From Octopus vulgaris (taxonomy: Eukaryota), in contig OX597818.1 of the NCBI GenBank assembly GCA_951406725.2, positions 99,696,001 to 99,760,000 of the forward strand: DNA of 64,000 bases, given 5' to 3'. The position numbers and the translations under genes are program-made. This document shows positions 42,498-58,036 of the stretch, one piece after another; positions within the stretch are counted from its first letter, which is position 1; each line of letters opens with the position of its first letter. The notes under the pieces were generated by a model. It was given only the letters and a program-made list of their open reading frames with translations. It did not search any database and was not told the origin of the DNA.

Positions 42498-42691
42498 GTA
42501 TATATGTTACAAGGATCCTTTTTACTTACATTCTGTTCACCTAACTTGCTGCTATGCGGACTATACCGAACTGGCAAGGGGCCTCTATTTAGATACCTGA
42601 TTGAACTGAATCTTAATTATATTCTATGTATATGCATGCGTGCGCGCATGCGCAGGCGTGTGTATATGTCTATGTATATATACTTATATGT

Positions 42692-42920
42692 ATCATCATC
42701 ATCATTGTTCGACCGTGGTCGAGACAATGGAATTTATCATGCTACGCCAGACTTCACGGTCCATCATGGCATTACGGAGGTCCTGTTGCTGGTTGCCTGT
42801 ATCTCTGGAGATTACATCAGGATAGGAGAGTGTGCGCCCTCTGGTATTGCGAGTAGATGGTTTCCAGAGGAGAAGAGTAGAAATTACCTCTTTTTCAGCT
42901 CTACAACAATGTCCAGCATA
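42692..42920 (-). mobile_element. RTE-clade LINE 3' end with (TGA)n tail
   Basis: AGHCCRAEKEVISTLLLWKP..RGR..YPDVISRDTG..DLRNAMMDREVWRS is a typical RTE C-terminus; the stop codon runs into a tgatgatga tail. Confidence 0.85.
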
Positions 42921-43082
42921 CATTGTTTTACCTTTCACGGGAGATGACACAGGTGGTAGTTTCCCATATATGTATATTTTTGCACCACCCATGTGCATAT
43001 TTAACAACTGTATATATGCATGTATTTGTATGTGTATATATGCATAATACCCATATAAATATATATGTATGTCCCTCACTTC

Positions 43083-43120
<38 letters not shown>

Positions 43121-44086
43121 ATAAAACTTAACGCATGTATTTTCATAGATAAGTATTTCTATTCTTAGAAAACTAACAGCATTAGTCTCAACTTCGTGAT
43201 CGAACGTGACAAGCAGTATTTATCAATGGGTGATCATTCTTATTGCTTTCAGACGTCGGTGTATGCCCGTTGTTTTATTCATGTTGTATTCACGTATCAT
43301 CTCCCAAGGGCATTGTCGATGTGATTGAAATAGTTGAAACACTCCAGCAGATTAACGTCGTCAGGAGTTCAACTTGTGACTACGAGTGTGCCTGGTACAG
43401 CCTTTGCATAGATATACATTCAAGCTATCTCATTCGCTCAGTCTCCCTATTGTCTCTCACCTTTTCTTCTGCTGCACGCATACACACACACATACACACA
43501 CACATTCACGCGCACACATATGTAAACAGTTTTGTAGTTTTGCGTTTACAATAATTCATAATCTGCCATCACGTCCTAGGGTGATGGCATGATTGCTAAA
43601 ATGGCGGAGAACGCAAAATCTTTATTGTTATTTGTTCTGACTCTTTTAAGAATTCAAATCCCGCTGGACTCAATTAGCTATTCACATCTCTGAGTTCCAT
43701 AAAATAAAGTACAGGTTAAGAGAAAATATCACTAATGTTTTCTTCCCAACTACCTCATATTTTGCAAGTATTTGATGTACTCATCTTCATTACGTATGGT
43801 TGTTCCTGATTCTTTTCCCAAACAAGGAATGCATCTATATTATCTATATTATGCAACTATATTTTTGGTTGCTATGCTGTCCAACTGCTGATGGGAATTA
43901 TCTTTGTGCATTTTCAACCCGCTCTGGTTTATCTTTCAGATATTTTTGTAGTTATCCGAACGTTTTCTTATAATTGTTTTGTATTTGCCTGAGATCTCCA
44001 CAGTCTTCAATTCATGCTAAGTACAACGCTGTTCATCAGATTTTTGGTGGTGTAATTTAAATGCAGTGAAGGTAATTTTGTTAAGG

Positions 44087-44338
44087 CAGGAATCTCCAAC
44101 CTTCTTTTGCACTACAAATCGTTTTCATGCAAGACAACGTTTCCATAGACCGGCCATGCATGCGCATAAAAACATGAAAACTGTATAATATATAATTCAT
44201 TTATAACATTTTATAATACATATATAATGCAAAAAAATCCATGCAGAATGGAATAGCCAATAAAATAGACAAAATTTTAAAATCTATTTTTCTGTGCGGC
44301 CCAGAACTCCTTCGCGGCCCGGTGGTTAGGGACCCATG
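44087..44338. mobile_element. hAT (Charlie/Buster-type) MITE
   Basis: Ends caggaatctccaacc / ggttagggacccatg are a decayed CAGGGGTCCCCAACC TIR. Subterminal gcggccc motifs. The 8-bp flanks tgtTAagg / aatTAggg have a central TA. Confidence 0.7.
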
Positions 44339-44880
44339 AATTAGGGCGTTCAGCTATCATAAATAACTTGGGTTCAATTTTTAAACTGGCCTGTGTGTTG
44401 TGTTCCTTAGCAAAGCGCTACGTTTCGCGTCCATCCAATATACTTAGCTGGAAATAAGTATCCTACGAGTGCTAGTTAACCTCCTTCATCCTCCAGTTTT
44501 CACACCTGGATGTACCTCTGGATCAAAGTGTGAGAGAGCCGATAGTGAAAGCATAGTACATGTTTCCAAACCAAACTCGTTCCTGGATGCCGACTGGCTT
44601 TTGATTCTACAGACGATAATTTTTTTTCTTTCCTCTCTAGTCTCGATTTATTTCACCTCCAGTTAGAATATTATAACCATAACCAAATGCCGGTGAAGAC
44701 ATTCAATTGAAGTCGATTAATTTATTCTTAACTTTTAGTTTTGTGTTAATTTTTAAATTACTGCGATTAGCTTTCTTAATTTTTCTTTCGTTCATCAGTT
44801 ATACAGTATCCATTTCAATGATTTCCAAGCATTTCCAGGTTACGATTAGATCTTATAAGCTTATATGTATATTTATGGAA

Positions 44881-45111
44881 GGCGGCGAGCTAGCAGAAAC
44901 GTTAGGGCGCCAGGCGAAATGCTTAGCGGTATTTCGTCTGTTGTTACGTTCTGAGTTCAAATTCCGCCGAGGTCGACTTTGCCTTTCATCTTTTCGGGGT
45001 TGATAAATAAAGTACCAGTTTCGCACTGGGGTCGATGTAATCGACTTAATCCGTTTGTCTGTCCTTGTTTGTCCCCTCTATGTTTAGCCCCTTGTGTATA
45101 GTAAAGAAATA
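44881..45111 (+). mobile_element. SINE family A, full-length monomer
   Basis: ggcggcgagctagcagaaacg...gtaaagaaata; tatatttatg occurs on both flanks (possible TSD). Confidence 0.92.
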
Positions 45112-45269
45112 TATATATATATTTATGAGACTTGGTAATAATATATAATTAATTTTCTCCTCATTCGGACTGGATTGGAATATTTCTATTTGAAGTTTAT
45201 AGCAATTCCTCTTCCAAATCCGTGCATTATCTGCTGTTATTGCTTCGTTGATTTCAGCAGCGTATGACA

Positions 45270-45560
45270 AGAAGTAACTGGAAGAGCAGGTCTAACACAC
45301 GGTGACCACACCTGCTCACCGTAAAAAAAAACGATGAAGATGCTGCAGCCTGTGCGCATGGCTGCGCACCAGCAACCACAGCGTGCTCAGGTCGCCATTA
45401 AGCGGCTGTTGACAGCAGATGGAGCGCCTTGCCAGCGGAACGCGACCCTTCCACAGAAAGCAGAAGTGTATGCGGACCAGCTTGTTTAGCCAACATAAGG
45501 GGCAAGGAACGACGGTCAAGCGGATACGATGTTCGCATTCGCCACCTCGGCTCGACCTTT
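45270..45560 (-). mobile_element. Tx1/L1-clade LINE ORF2 fragment
   Basis: RLTVVPCPLCWLNKLVRIHFCFLWKGRVPLARRSICCQQPLNGDL resembles the post-RT F.F.W.G..(P)..GGLG region. Confidence 0.75.
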
Positions 45561-45561
45561 C

Positions 45562-45650
<89 letters not shown>

Positions 45651-45735
45651 AAATAATAATGAACACCACTTATTATTATTTGTTATTATTATTATTAATT
45701 ATTATTATTAATATAATAATAATTATTATTATTAC
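45562..45735. repeat. (AAT)n/(ATT)n microsatellite
   Basis: Directly visible. Confidence 0.92.
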
Positions 45736-46457
45736 AATTCCACTGCGGCTAATTATTTTTATCATAATTATTGTTGTCGTCGTCGTCATCATCTCCATCA
45801 TCATCATCAAAATCAGCAGCAGAAACTGTGATATGTGGGAGGCAAAGATAATTTTAGCACCAGCGCCTTAATTAACAGGCATAATAGTCCAGTAAAAATT
45901 TTGTGCTCCTTCATACCCCCCTCAACTGGTAATACGCTACTCCGCCTCCTCCTTCCACTCCTGATCCCCCTCGTATTCGTCGTCATCGTCGTCGTCGTCC
46001 TCCTCCTCCTCCTTCTCCTCCTCTGCATTATCATCTAGTCGCCCAAAGTCAGAATTACAAAAAAGAAAAAAAAATGTATTATATATATTTACCGTTGACC
46101 TAGCCAATCTGACAATACTTAATGAACTGGAAAATAGATCATTAAATTAAAATTGAGGAAGAAAAATCCCAATTACATTTTCTGTAATTAAGCAAATGTC
46201 TGTAATTTCTAGTCAAGAGAAATTAAAGACCATTACTGAAACAGAACAACAACAAACAACAACAAATAACAAGGCAGTTAAAGACCACCACGACCAATAA
46301 CTACAACAACAACAACAACACAAAAGACTACATGAAAGGACTTCGTTGGTGATAGTTGCTGAAGATAATAAACCAAAGTCCTTCATTGCTTCTTCAGTTA
46401 GTTTCTTCTGTTACTAACACACAGTTAACTGTATTGCGTGGTCAAGTAATAATGATT

Positions 46458-46472
46458 TCACTAGATGGCGCC
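46458..46472 (+). promoter_or_regulatory. Candidate CTCF-binding motif
   Basis: tCACTAGATGGCGCC matches consensus CCASYAGRKGGCRS except at position 1; lies in non-repetitive DNA. Confidence 0.4.
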
Positions 46473-46862
46473 AAAGTAGCGCTATGACTGATCATCTCGG
46501 AAAAAGGCGCCAATAACACAATTTCACAGAATAGTATTCTGCTTCAATACAATCTCATGGGAAATCATGAAGTTTTGAAGAACGTGGATTAGGCGATTAA
46601 GACACATTACTAGAAGAACTACTCAGGAGACTGCTGATCTTGTCAAGTCGTTCCATAATCTAAAATACGGAAATAAGCAACTTACAAGTATGAAAAAATT
46701 AATTAATATATATTTGCCTCTGAGTATATTTACACACACACACATACAACAAGTTATTAGTCTCGCTATGCCTAAGCGAAATATATATATATATAAACAC
46801 ATCCACATATATGTATAAACATTTTATACACGTGCATGTATATACATACCTTTATATATGCA

Positions 46863-47317
<455 letters not shown>

Positions 47318-47331
47318 ATATATATACATTC

Positions 47332-47368
<37 letters not shown>

Positions 47369-48797
47369 TATATTTATGAAACACAAGTGTAAAATACTGT
47401 ATTATATTTATTGCGTATTATTGAGGATCATGTATTTACTTGTTTATGCAGATAGCACGGCGGCACTTTAATATCAAGATGATTGTTAATAGTATAACTG
47501 TAGCTCCAATCCATCGAGCTTTTAACGCTTATTGTCTCTGATTGTGATCTACCAATCTAGGAATAATTCCAAGGAGATTTATAGTTGCAGTACATAGCAG
47601 TGCAGTTAATCTAATAATGTTTTTGGTTCTGAAAGGTAGCCATGATTGATAACCAGTACAGTGAATCGGCCTGAAACTGCAAGCAACGGCGTTTACTATA
47701 TTTTACGAGAGATGCGAATTGCTTTGAAAGAAACGACTGTTCTGCATAAAATAAACACACATACACACACACACATACATATATACAAGCACACACACAC
47801 GCGCATCTCTGTGGCATTCTCTTCGGATTCTAAGAGAAAATCGAATTTCAGGCATTGCAACTATAACAGTTTTTAACGACATGCTCCTTCTATCGAGTCT
47901 TTATATTATTTAAGTTCCCTCCTCCTGATTTCCTATACATTTCTATTTTGCTTCTCTCTATCAAATACGATGTTTCTTGTGTTGAGCATTTTGTATTTTC
48001 AGTATATTTCCCCGAAATGTTATACATATATATGTATGAATTTTATATACCCAATAAACAAGCTTATCAATGTTTGTATTACACTCGCATCACTATACCT
48101 ATCCTCTCTAATTGCTTCGTCTGATTTCTTAATATTTCATATTTGCTCTCCTGAAATATCAATACGCTTCTGCGATTACTAGAATACACACATATGTTTC
48201 TATATTTGCACATCAGACACAGACGAATCTCAGGTCAGCAATAAATCTAAACATGCATATATAACATTTCAAATGCATAGATAGTTTAATCCTATAAAGG
48301 TATATTATTTTTCTCTTTTTCTTTCATTCTATACTTCACTTTTTCCACCTCTCGTTTTTAGCCACACACACACACACGCATGCATATGAACATAATACGT
48401 ACTTTCATATACAAATACACATGCTAACACACATATATTCATTGATTTAAAACAGCAAACACCATGCATAATACCATACGTAGTGTAATAGTGCATTTAG
48501 AGTGGAGGTAGGGGCTACTGTTTCTCTGGAGTTCACCTGATGTATCATCATTGCCTCAGACACGAGCTAACAGGATGTGGTGTTCTCTTGACTGAGAACT
48601 GGTAACATTCCGGGTAATCCCCAAAACAGCAGATCACTGGATCAACTTAAATAACAACGAACACTGCTACTCATACATAAATATGGTTGATACCAAAATA
48701 AACTGCAAAAAATCGCAAACTGAGGCATACTAAATATTACAAAAACACGCAAACTAAAAATATATGTATGGATATATGTATATATATATATATATAT

Positions 48798-48845
<48 letters not shown>

Positions 48846-49804
48846 GTATATATCTATCTATACATACATCATACACACATATACACACACGAACACACAA
48901 ATACATGATTCCAATTGAATGGAGATATATATATGTCACTGAGGAGACGAAATTACACCGAAACACCGTCTAACACACAAGGAGACGAAATCGTACAGCG
49001 AGCTGCATTTCCTATTTCTGTTTAAATATGCGTGTTATAAATAATCTGCTCGTCATATTTTTAATCTCTGCTGCTTCGGGTATTTATGCCCTCTTCACCA
49101 TAAGCCTAGCAAGCTTTCCCAGACATTTACAAATGATTTGTTTGTCAAATTCTATATCGCAACGGAGAGTTCTAGCTTGCACCAAGTGAATGATGCGGTT
49201 TGTCACTGAATGAGTGGGATCACACCGAAACTAGGATAGTTGACGTCATTTAGAACTTGTTCTGCCTTCCTCAAAATGTCTGAAATTTTGTGCTAAATAA
49301 CATGGTAATACACACAAACACAAATATGCATTATGAGGGTGAAGGATAGAGAGAGAGGGAGAGAGAGAGGAGGAATAGGATGTGGGTGAAAGATTGGTGA
49401 ATGTGTATTTTACTCGAGTTTCAGTGGGGATATTCATTATAATCAACAAAAATATAGACATGTGATATCATTTATATATTATGATACTAGTGCTGTACTA
49501 AGATAAATGCATTATACGTTTTGTGCTATTTACAGTAACGCATTATATAGAGATTGGAGACAGGTAATGTTGGCAGAAACGAGTAATGAATAATTACATT
49601 TCTATATATAAATCTACACTAATTCACACTCTCTTAGAGAATCACACACATATATATTTATATATGAGTGCATACACACATACATACATACATACATACA
49701 CATACATATGTGTATGCGCATATATATATATATGCATATATATATACATATGTATATGTACATACGTACATCTATACGTATACACGCACACACACACACA
49801 TATA

Positions 49805-50022
49805 CATATGTGGGCAAATGACGTCTCGAAACGTGTACAACAAAATGCGAAGTACGAGTACATGGAATATGAACTATTTCTTCGAACAGCGAAAGACACA
49901 AACGGAAAACAAGACAAACAACATTTGTGTCGTTCGTTGTTCGAAAAAATATTTCATATTCCATGCATTCGTACTTCGTATGTTTGTTGTACAAGCTTCG
50001 TGATGTCCTGTGCCCACATATG
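49805..50022. repeat. ~218-bp imperfect palindrome (foldback repeat)
   Basis: Arms 49805-49902 and 49924-50022 are reverse complements with scattered mismatches; ~20-bp spacer. Confidence 0.85.
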
Positions 50023-50027
50023 AATAC

Positions 50028-50074
<47 letters not shown>

Positions 50075-50079
<5 letters not shown>

Positions 50080-50260
50080 ATTCGCTAGCTTCTGCACGGA
50101 TTTTCTTCTCTCCTTGTTTCTCTCCGTGTTTCTTTTCTGTGTATCTATCTGTTGAAGAGCGTAGGCTCGAAACGTAAAAGACTTGTTTTATTTATATTCC
50201 TGAGCGCCATACTAATACAATTGTTTGTTTGTATTCCACCTGCCGTCGTCTTTTGTTTAT

Positions 50261-50265
<5 letters not shown>
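50075..50265 (+). mobile_element. Penelope-like pLTR remnant (HHR family 2); HHR-like fold at 50144-50181
   Basis: tctat-CTGTTGA-a-gagc gtag gctc-GAAA-cg-TA-aaaga; (TA)n on both sides; reverse complement of 5690-5890. Confidence 0.68.
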
Positions 50266-50315
<50 letters not shown>

Positions 50316-50602
50316 CGTATAGATGTAAGTATGTACATATACGTATGTATATATGAATATACATATTATTTATGTTTTATCTACATATATATCTACATAT
50401 ATACATACGTACATATATATATATATGCATATACTGAAGACTGACAAAGAGATATATTTGTTAGGGAATAATTAGATAGATGGCACTCGCATACGTATAC
50501 GAAATTATATATTTCTATTTCTCCTGTCGTCTTTTCATTTTCTCATATTTCTTTCTTATGCCCTCCTCTTCCTTTCTTTGGAAGTCTATGGCCCTGTATA
50601 TG

Positions 50603-50677
<75 letters not shown>

Positions 50678-50915
50678 ATATATGGGTGTGTGTGTATATA
50701 TATATGTGTGTGTATATATATATATTCGTATATATACTCTCTCACACACATATACACGCACGTATGTGTAATATAAGTAAATGTATTTACTTATGCATGC
50801 CGTGTGTGTGAATGTGTGTGTATGAGTGTGTGTTTTGTCGCGCGAAATGTATTGCAAAATTAAGATAGAATGGTGAAGTATATGAAAAGAATCGGGTTGA
50901 AACAGCATTGTATAG

Positions 50916-50961
<46 letters not shown>

Positions 50962-51050
50962 CTGTGTGTCTGTGTGTGAGTGTGTGTGAGTCTGTGTGTG
51001 TGTGAGTCTGTGTGTGTAAGTATATATACATATAATTATATATATACATA

Positions 51051-51098
<48 letters not shown>

Positions 51099-52518
51099 TA
51101 AATACGTTTGTGTGTGTGTATTGACGCTCGCATGCAGACAGGCATACACGCTTGTGTGTCTGATTGCGTCAGTATGTTTGTACATATGTCTGTACTTTAA
51201 TTTGGTGCGCTGTGTTTCTGTCTTGAGCAATAAATCAATGAATTACAGTAATTATTAGAGTAAAGTGAATATAACATTACATGAAATATAAAAAATATAT
51301 TCCTATGAATTATAATACAACGACATACATCTAAATGTCTACGGTAGGAATACTGAAATAAATAAGAGCTAGCATAATAATCAAAATTGGTGGCAATCAA
51401 CACAAATTTTATAGGACTTCATTGATAATTTACACAGAAAATGCTGTATGGAGTGCGTTCAAAATGTCTATGATTTTTAGTATAGTTAATTTATTAGTGT
51501 TGCCTTTCTAGAATGTTATTTTTAGATTTGAAGGCTATCTAAACTGATTTGTTTGTTCACAGAATGCATGGGTAATTTCTGTTACATATTTGTAGTTCCG
51601 GTTACATATTTAAAACCCTATTTTGCTTGTAGGACAATTCTGACGATGTATGCAAATGCACCTCTGAAACCTGATATGTTATGCCAATGAACGGCTTTAT
51701 TCGCTGTCGTTCGACAGGAGTATGTTAAAGGGGGAGCGAATATACTAGTATTTTTTCCCTTTAAGATGACCAGTTTGATATTCATCAAATTACATCCCAT
51801 TATTTTATTATTATCTATAAATATATCACATCGGTTTATTACCATGACACCTTTATTGTTTCTTGGTGATTTATAACCTCCAATTTAATCTCGATCAAGA
51901 ACGATATTGGATCTTTTTTACCAAATGTGTGCTATAGGATGATGTATATTGTGTGTTATATGATGATCTATATTGTGTATTTATATGTATATATCGTTTG
52001 TGTCCCATTATAGTGCAAGTGTAGGAAAGTAGGGCACAAAGAAAAGAAAAATAATTCCAAGAAATTTGTGAGATTTAAAGTCATAGTTGGAAAAGTGAGC
52101 TTGTTTGAGGATTGCTAAGAACAGAAAAGTGAAAGAGGAAAGAATTAAGTGAAGACAGAGATAGAAGGAAATACAAATGACATGAGGGAATACAGGCTTA
52201 TAAACTCAGACATATACATATTTTCACACATATGCACACATAGTAAATTTCGTTGTAAATGTATGCATACATACATGCATATATACATGAATAGATACAT
52301 ATATATGTATAAGATGGGTATTAATATGTATAGATCCACACATTAGGATCTACAAAAAGCAGAACTTAACAGCACCTCTTGGTGGTCCAAGACAGATATG
52401 CAATCGATGTGGGAGTATTTTCAATACAATGTCGAGTTGAAAAAGCCACATCAGACGCCATGATTGATCAACGGTGCAAACACAGGAGGTGGTCAGACTC
52501 TGCATAAAGAGTAGAGAA

Positions 52519-52575
<57 letters not shown>

Positions 52576-52576
52576 G

Positions 52577-52607
<31 letters not shown>

Positions 52608-52697
52608 ATACATATATATTATGTACACACACACGCACTCATATATAAGTTTGTATGTATACATATGTGTATACCTATTTATCTGACATTTTGTCTA

Positions 52698-53786
52698 CAG
52701 AGGTTAGACAAAATAATAGAAGCAGCACTTATTATTTAACTATTTTTTCTATTAGCAAACTGACAGATTTAAAACTCTTCTTGTCTTTGTAAATCTGTTT
52801 GTGATATGTTCATGATATATTTCATGATATAGCTCTTATGTTTCTGATTAATTTAGAATGCGTCGCCCTTCTAATTTCTATAAAAGTCAACACGTTGTGG
52901 TGCAGATGGTTAAAGCTTCAGTCAGTTGACTCTGGGAGGCATAATTTCAGACGGAGGCAAATCTCACTGAGAAGGATCGCAAGTCAATGAAACGTATTGT
53001 GCATGAAAAAACATCGAATTACGGCACCAAAACTAACAGCAGAACAAAACCATCACCTTGCCAATCCTGAATCATTCAAAGTCGTTCCCAGTGAGCCCTG
53101 TTGTGTTGGATACATTGAAAAGGGACCAACTACTAAATCTTTCACGTCTTCCATCGACATTAATAAACTGAAAAATGGCGTCTCAATTACCAAAAGTGAT
53201 CTGCGCCGCAATGGGACTTTTCTGATGAATCCTCATTCATCCTTTTTCTCACTTTAAGTTGATTTTATGTCCCGAGACAGACGAAAGAAAATTTCAAACT
53301 TGATTATTTGGCTGCTATCGAGAGGCATGGAGGTGGATCTGTGATGATTCGGGCAACCATATCACAAGATTCTTTCAACCCTTAAGGTGTTCTATATGGC
53401 AAAGTTAACGTCAAGTACTTTTTTTATGAACATCTATCCTATGTTACCAACATTTTTCCTGGTGGAAGAGCAATATTGTAGGATGATAATGCACCAAATT
53501 ACATGGTTAATGTTATTTAAATTTAGTATGAAGAGCACAAAATTGAAGTAGACCACATATATTGTCGCGCACAGTCAACCATTCTCAGTATAATCTAACA
53601 TTTATGATGCATTGGGGAGCAGCAACTAAGAAGCCGCATCCATTCACTATCGTCCTTGTATGAAATAGCTTTTACGTAAAGATTTACAAAAATTCCCCTA
53701 ACAAATGTTCAGAACCTGTACAAATCAATTTCTCCATATATTGGTTTCTGTTTCAATAGGTGATTCGATATTTTATCTAACCTATG
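52698..53786 (+). mobile_element. Decayed Tc1-family DNA transposon with transposase pseudogene
   Basis: TA-flanked TIRs cagaggttagacaaaata / tattttatctaacctatg. Broken motifs KHRITAPKLTAE, FSDESSF (~53219), HGGGSVMI (~53326), DDNAP (~53482) and a decayed SPDLNII-like segment. Confidence 0.88.
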
Positions 53787-54051
53787 TATGTGCGTATGTA
53801 TGTATGTATGTATGTATGTATGTATGTATGTATGTATGTATGTATGTATGTATGTATGTATGTATGTATGTATGTATGTATGTATGTATGTTTGTATGTA
53901 TGTATGTGTGTGTGTGTATGTATGTATGTATGTTCGTATGCCTGTATGTCTGTCTATTCCCCTACAGACAACAAAAGCTTCTACAGTAGTAATAGTAGTC
54001 GTATAATAATAGAAACAAATGATGATGATGATAATGATAATGATGATGATG

Positions 54052-54106
<55 letters not shown>

Positions 54107-54112
54107 TAATAA
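53787..54112. repeat. (TATG)n followed by (GAT)/(AAT)n microsatellites
   Basis: Directly visible. Confidence 0.9.
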
Positions 54113-54209
54113 TGGTAAAGTTACAGACCTTAAATGTTCGTGAATTGAAAACAAGAATGTTTATATATATTCTAGTCAAGGTCTTCTATCCACCGAGACA
54201 AAACTAAAG

Positions 54210-54262
<53 letters not shown>

Positions 54263-54731
54263 AACCGAACAAAAACGCATTTCAAGGCAAATCAATGAGA
54301 AAGAGAAATAAAAGAAAAACATGATGAAAAGGCCCCCACAACGCAACCAAAATAATGCTGGTAAAGCACATCTTTTAATGTACCTATTATTCCAAGTCAC
54401 GAATATATTACGTTTAAGCTGGGCATAAACAATCTCTCCTCTCCTTTTTTTTTCCACTTGTCTTATTTTTATATACACCAATAGCTTAAAAGCAATGAAA
54501 ACCGGATGAAGAGACCAAAAACCGCTGTTTTACTCGAAAGATAAACCTTACATACACACACTCACACACACATACACATACACACACACACATACACACA
54601 CACACGCGCGCACACACACACTCACACACACAGAATCAAATGGACAGCCATTTATATTGATAGAATTTAATGAATTTCTTCTGCTGTTTTTCTCTAAAAT
54701 CGATAAATCCGAGACTTGATTTTACTTATTG

Positions 54732-54763
<32 letters not shown>

Positions 54764-56460
54764 TGTATGTTATGTATGTAATATATGTATGTATGTATAT
54801 GTGTGTGTATGTATGCATGCACGTACGCATGCTGTAGCATCTACGTAATATGTTAAACTCTTTGCCTTGTAAAATAATGAAAGATGCGATGAAATCGGTG
54901 AACACGACAGCATAGTCAGTTTTGGACAAATAATAAACTTAACTCAAGTATTGAGTTCTCATTCATAAGTTTGTGCATCTGAATAAAAACATTAATTTCT
55001 CTTTTCACTAGCGCAGACACATAAATTTTAATATCAGAGTGAAGATTAGTTCCATTGCCATTAAGAATCTCACGCTGGTGGGTACACATGATCATATTCA
55101 CATGCTATTTGGATTCATGGTCGATTCATGTTGATCCAACTGTGTTGTGTGTTGCAGTATTAGGTAAATAATAAATATATTTATTCTCAAATTGGAGTGA
55201 GCACCTACTTCATGAGGCTTGTTCGATCTGTTGGCAGTGGATTTTCGTGTGTTTGGAAGCCTTCCACACGGAAATCTTTCCGATGCTGAAAACTATATGA
55301 TATCCCTCATATCTGGTGAACTAATCTCCAGCGATTTTGATATTTGGAACTTTGTAGACAAGCATGGTCATTAGTTTTGCCATGTATTCATGGAGTGGCC
55401 TCGTCTATTATGTCCCTGTTATTAGAATGCATTACAGTCTATGTTCATGTGAATTGTGGCAAGGAACTGAAGTTTCCTTGTCCGTACTTCTGAATGAATG
55501 CTTATGCTAATAATAACTGTTTTTCAAAGCGTTAGCTGTGATTCTCGTGACTCAATATTGTTACTAGGACGTAAAGGATAACTTATACATGACTGATTTT
55601 GAAAGACAATATCACCTGAGAGTAATGGCATGAGAATTTGAAATTTAACTGACGCAGTAGGATGTGAGTGACTTGTCAACTCTGCTTTTGCTTGTAGTGC
55701 ATGATTTGGGAACAATGTTATTTCGGCAAGAATGGCTGATCATTACCTCATTTGCCTATGGTAATTGTTTGCCAGTGGGACTTAACATAATAAATAGCGA
55801 AAATTAGTTATATTCATTGATAAAGTAATAGTAAATTGTAGATTTAATCATGTTACTGTCTGTTTCTTGCTTCACATATGGTTTGTCAGTATATGGGTAA
55901 TGCTAATTTCGTATAAATTCTCCTTCATGTAGGTTGCTTCCATTTTTATAATATTCTAGCCTAAGGCTATCTTGAAAACACTTGACTTAACCTGCAAGAT
56001 GCGTATTTATGACTGATACACAAACACACACACACACACACACACGCATATTCATGCATAATACAGACACATACACCAATTTATACATATATATACACAC
56101 GTATATATATAAACATAACAATTTGCAACCAATTGATAATTACTAACACACACAAGCACACACGCAAACACACACACAAGCATGCAGACACACACACACA
56201 CACACACACACACACCAATATGTATATGTATATATATATTTGTGTGTGTGTGTATTAGTTATTATCAATTAGCCGCAAGTATTTATGTTTTAAAACAAAA
56301 TACGTGAACATCCTAAAACCCTGTCTAAATCTCTATGCGCCGTTATCTCTGTACAAGCTACTAAATCACCAATACCTAAATAAATTTATACTCGATGCAA
56401 TATACGTACAGAGAACATTTTCTTTTGAAGTTTGGACATCTTTATGCATGATTATACTTA

Positions 56461-56499
<39 letters not shown>

Positions 56500-57259
56500 C
56501 GTGTGTGTTGTGAGTTTGCGTTTGTGAGTTTATTGATATATCGATATATGTATATATATGAACACGCAGCCATACATATCAATGTATCGAGTGGCGAGGC
56601 CAGATACATAACATCACCGAAGTAAAAAAAAATGCCTTGTGACGTCCTTTTGAGGTATTTTTATGGCTTGTTATCAAACCGTTCTACGACCAAACCAGCT
56701 TCTCCACGTTGTTAATAAAATCACCATCAAAATATAGTGATTGATATAATGGACTAAAACCGTTACCGGCTGTGCCCCAGCATAGCCATAGTCCAATGAC
56801 TTGAACTCGTAAAAACATTACAGCAACAACAACAATAATAATAATATCAATTTGTGACGCGTTTGTATATAATTGTGAGTAGGTGTATATATATATATAT
56901 ATATCTTTAGCTGTTAGTATGCATATGTCATGATTTGTATTTTGTTTCATCTATATTATTGAAATGTAAGCGATTGGCAGCAAAATGAAAAGAAATGTAT
57001 ATGACACAACAAGTTGAATTGGTAATAAGAGATAGCTAAATTGATATATGGATAAGCTCATATACAAAATTGATGCGCACGTGTATGTATGACAACTCCA
57101 GATACATACAGGCGCTTATACGACTATATATGTTTATGAGTGCGTGTGTGTGCGCGAAGGTATGCATTCATATGAACACACACATACACACACATATATA
57201 TAGATATGCATGTATATAAATATTTCTGCCTGTTTGCTTGAATATCTTTCTACCTAGTG

Positions 57260-57548
<289 letters not shown>

Positions 57549-57984
57549 AACACACACATACACACACATATATAAAGACAATCACAGAGACAGGGAGGAG
57601 AGAGCGTGGTAAGCAACAAACACAGATGAGAGAGGGGGGGGGCAAAATTGGGTGAGATTCATGTATTTTGCCTATGTTCGCTGATACTCATAAATCGATA
57701 GGAAAGGTTTCTTTTCAATCATTCCGAATTATACGTTCAGATTATTGGATTACCGTATATGGAAATGAGTCGGACTGAGACATCAAGCTGCTAACGTCAA
57801 TCAGCTAGTCTCTTTCCGGTTCAGAAAAGGAATATATTAGAAGTCGGGGTTTTCTTAAAACACAGATTTTTTCTACTTGAAGTGAAAGGTATAGGTAAAC
57901 CTGTGTGTGCTTTTTTTGTTTTTAAATATTTTGTGTTATTTTATCTGTATGTCTCACTACTTGCACGAATATGTATTTGTGTGC

Positions 57985-58036
<52 letters not shown>

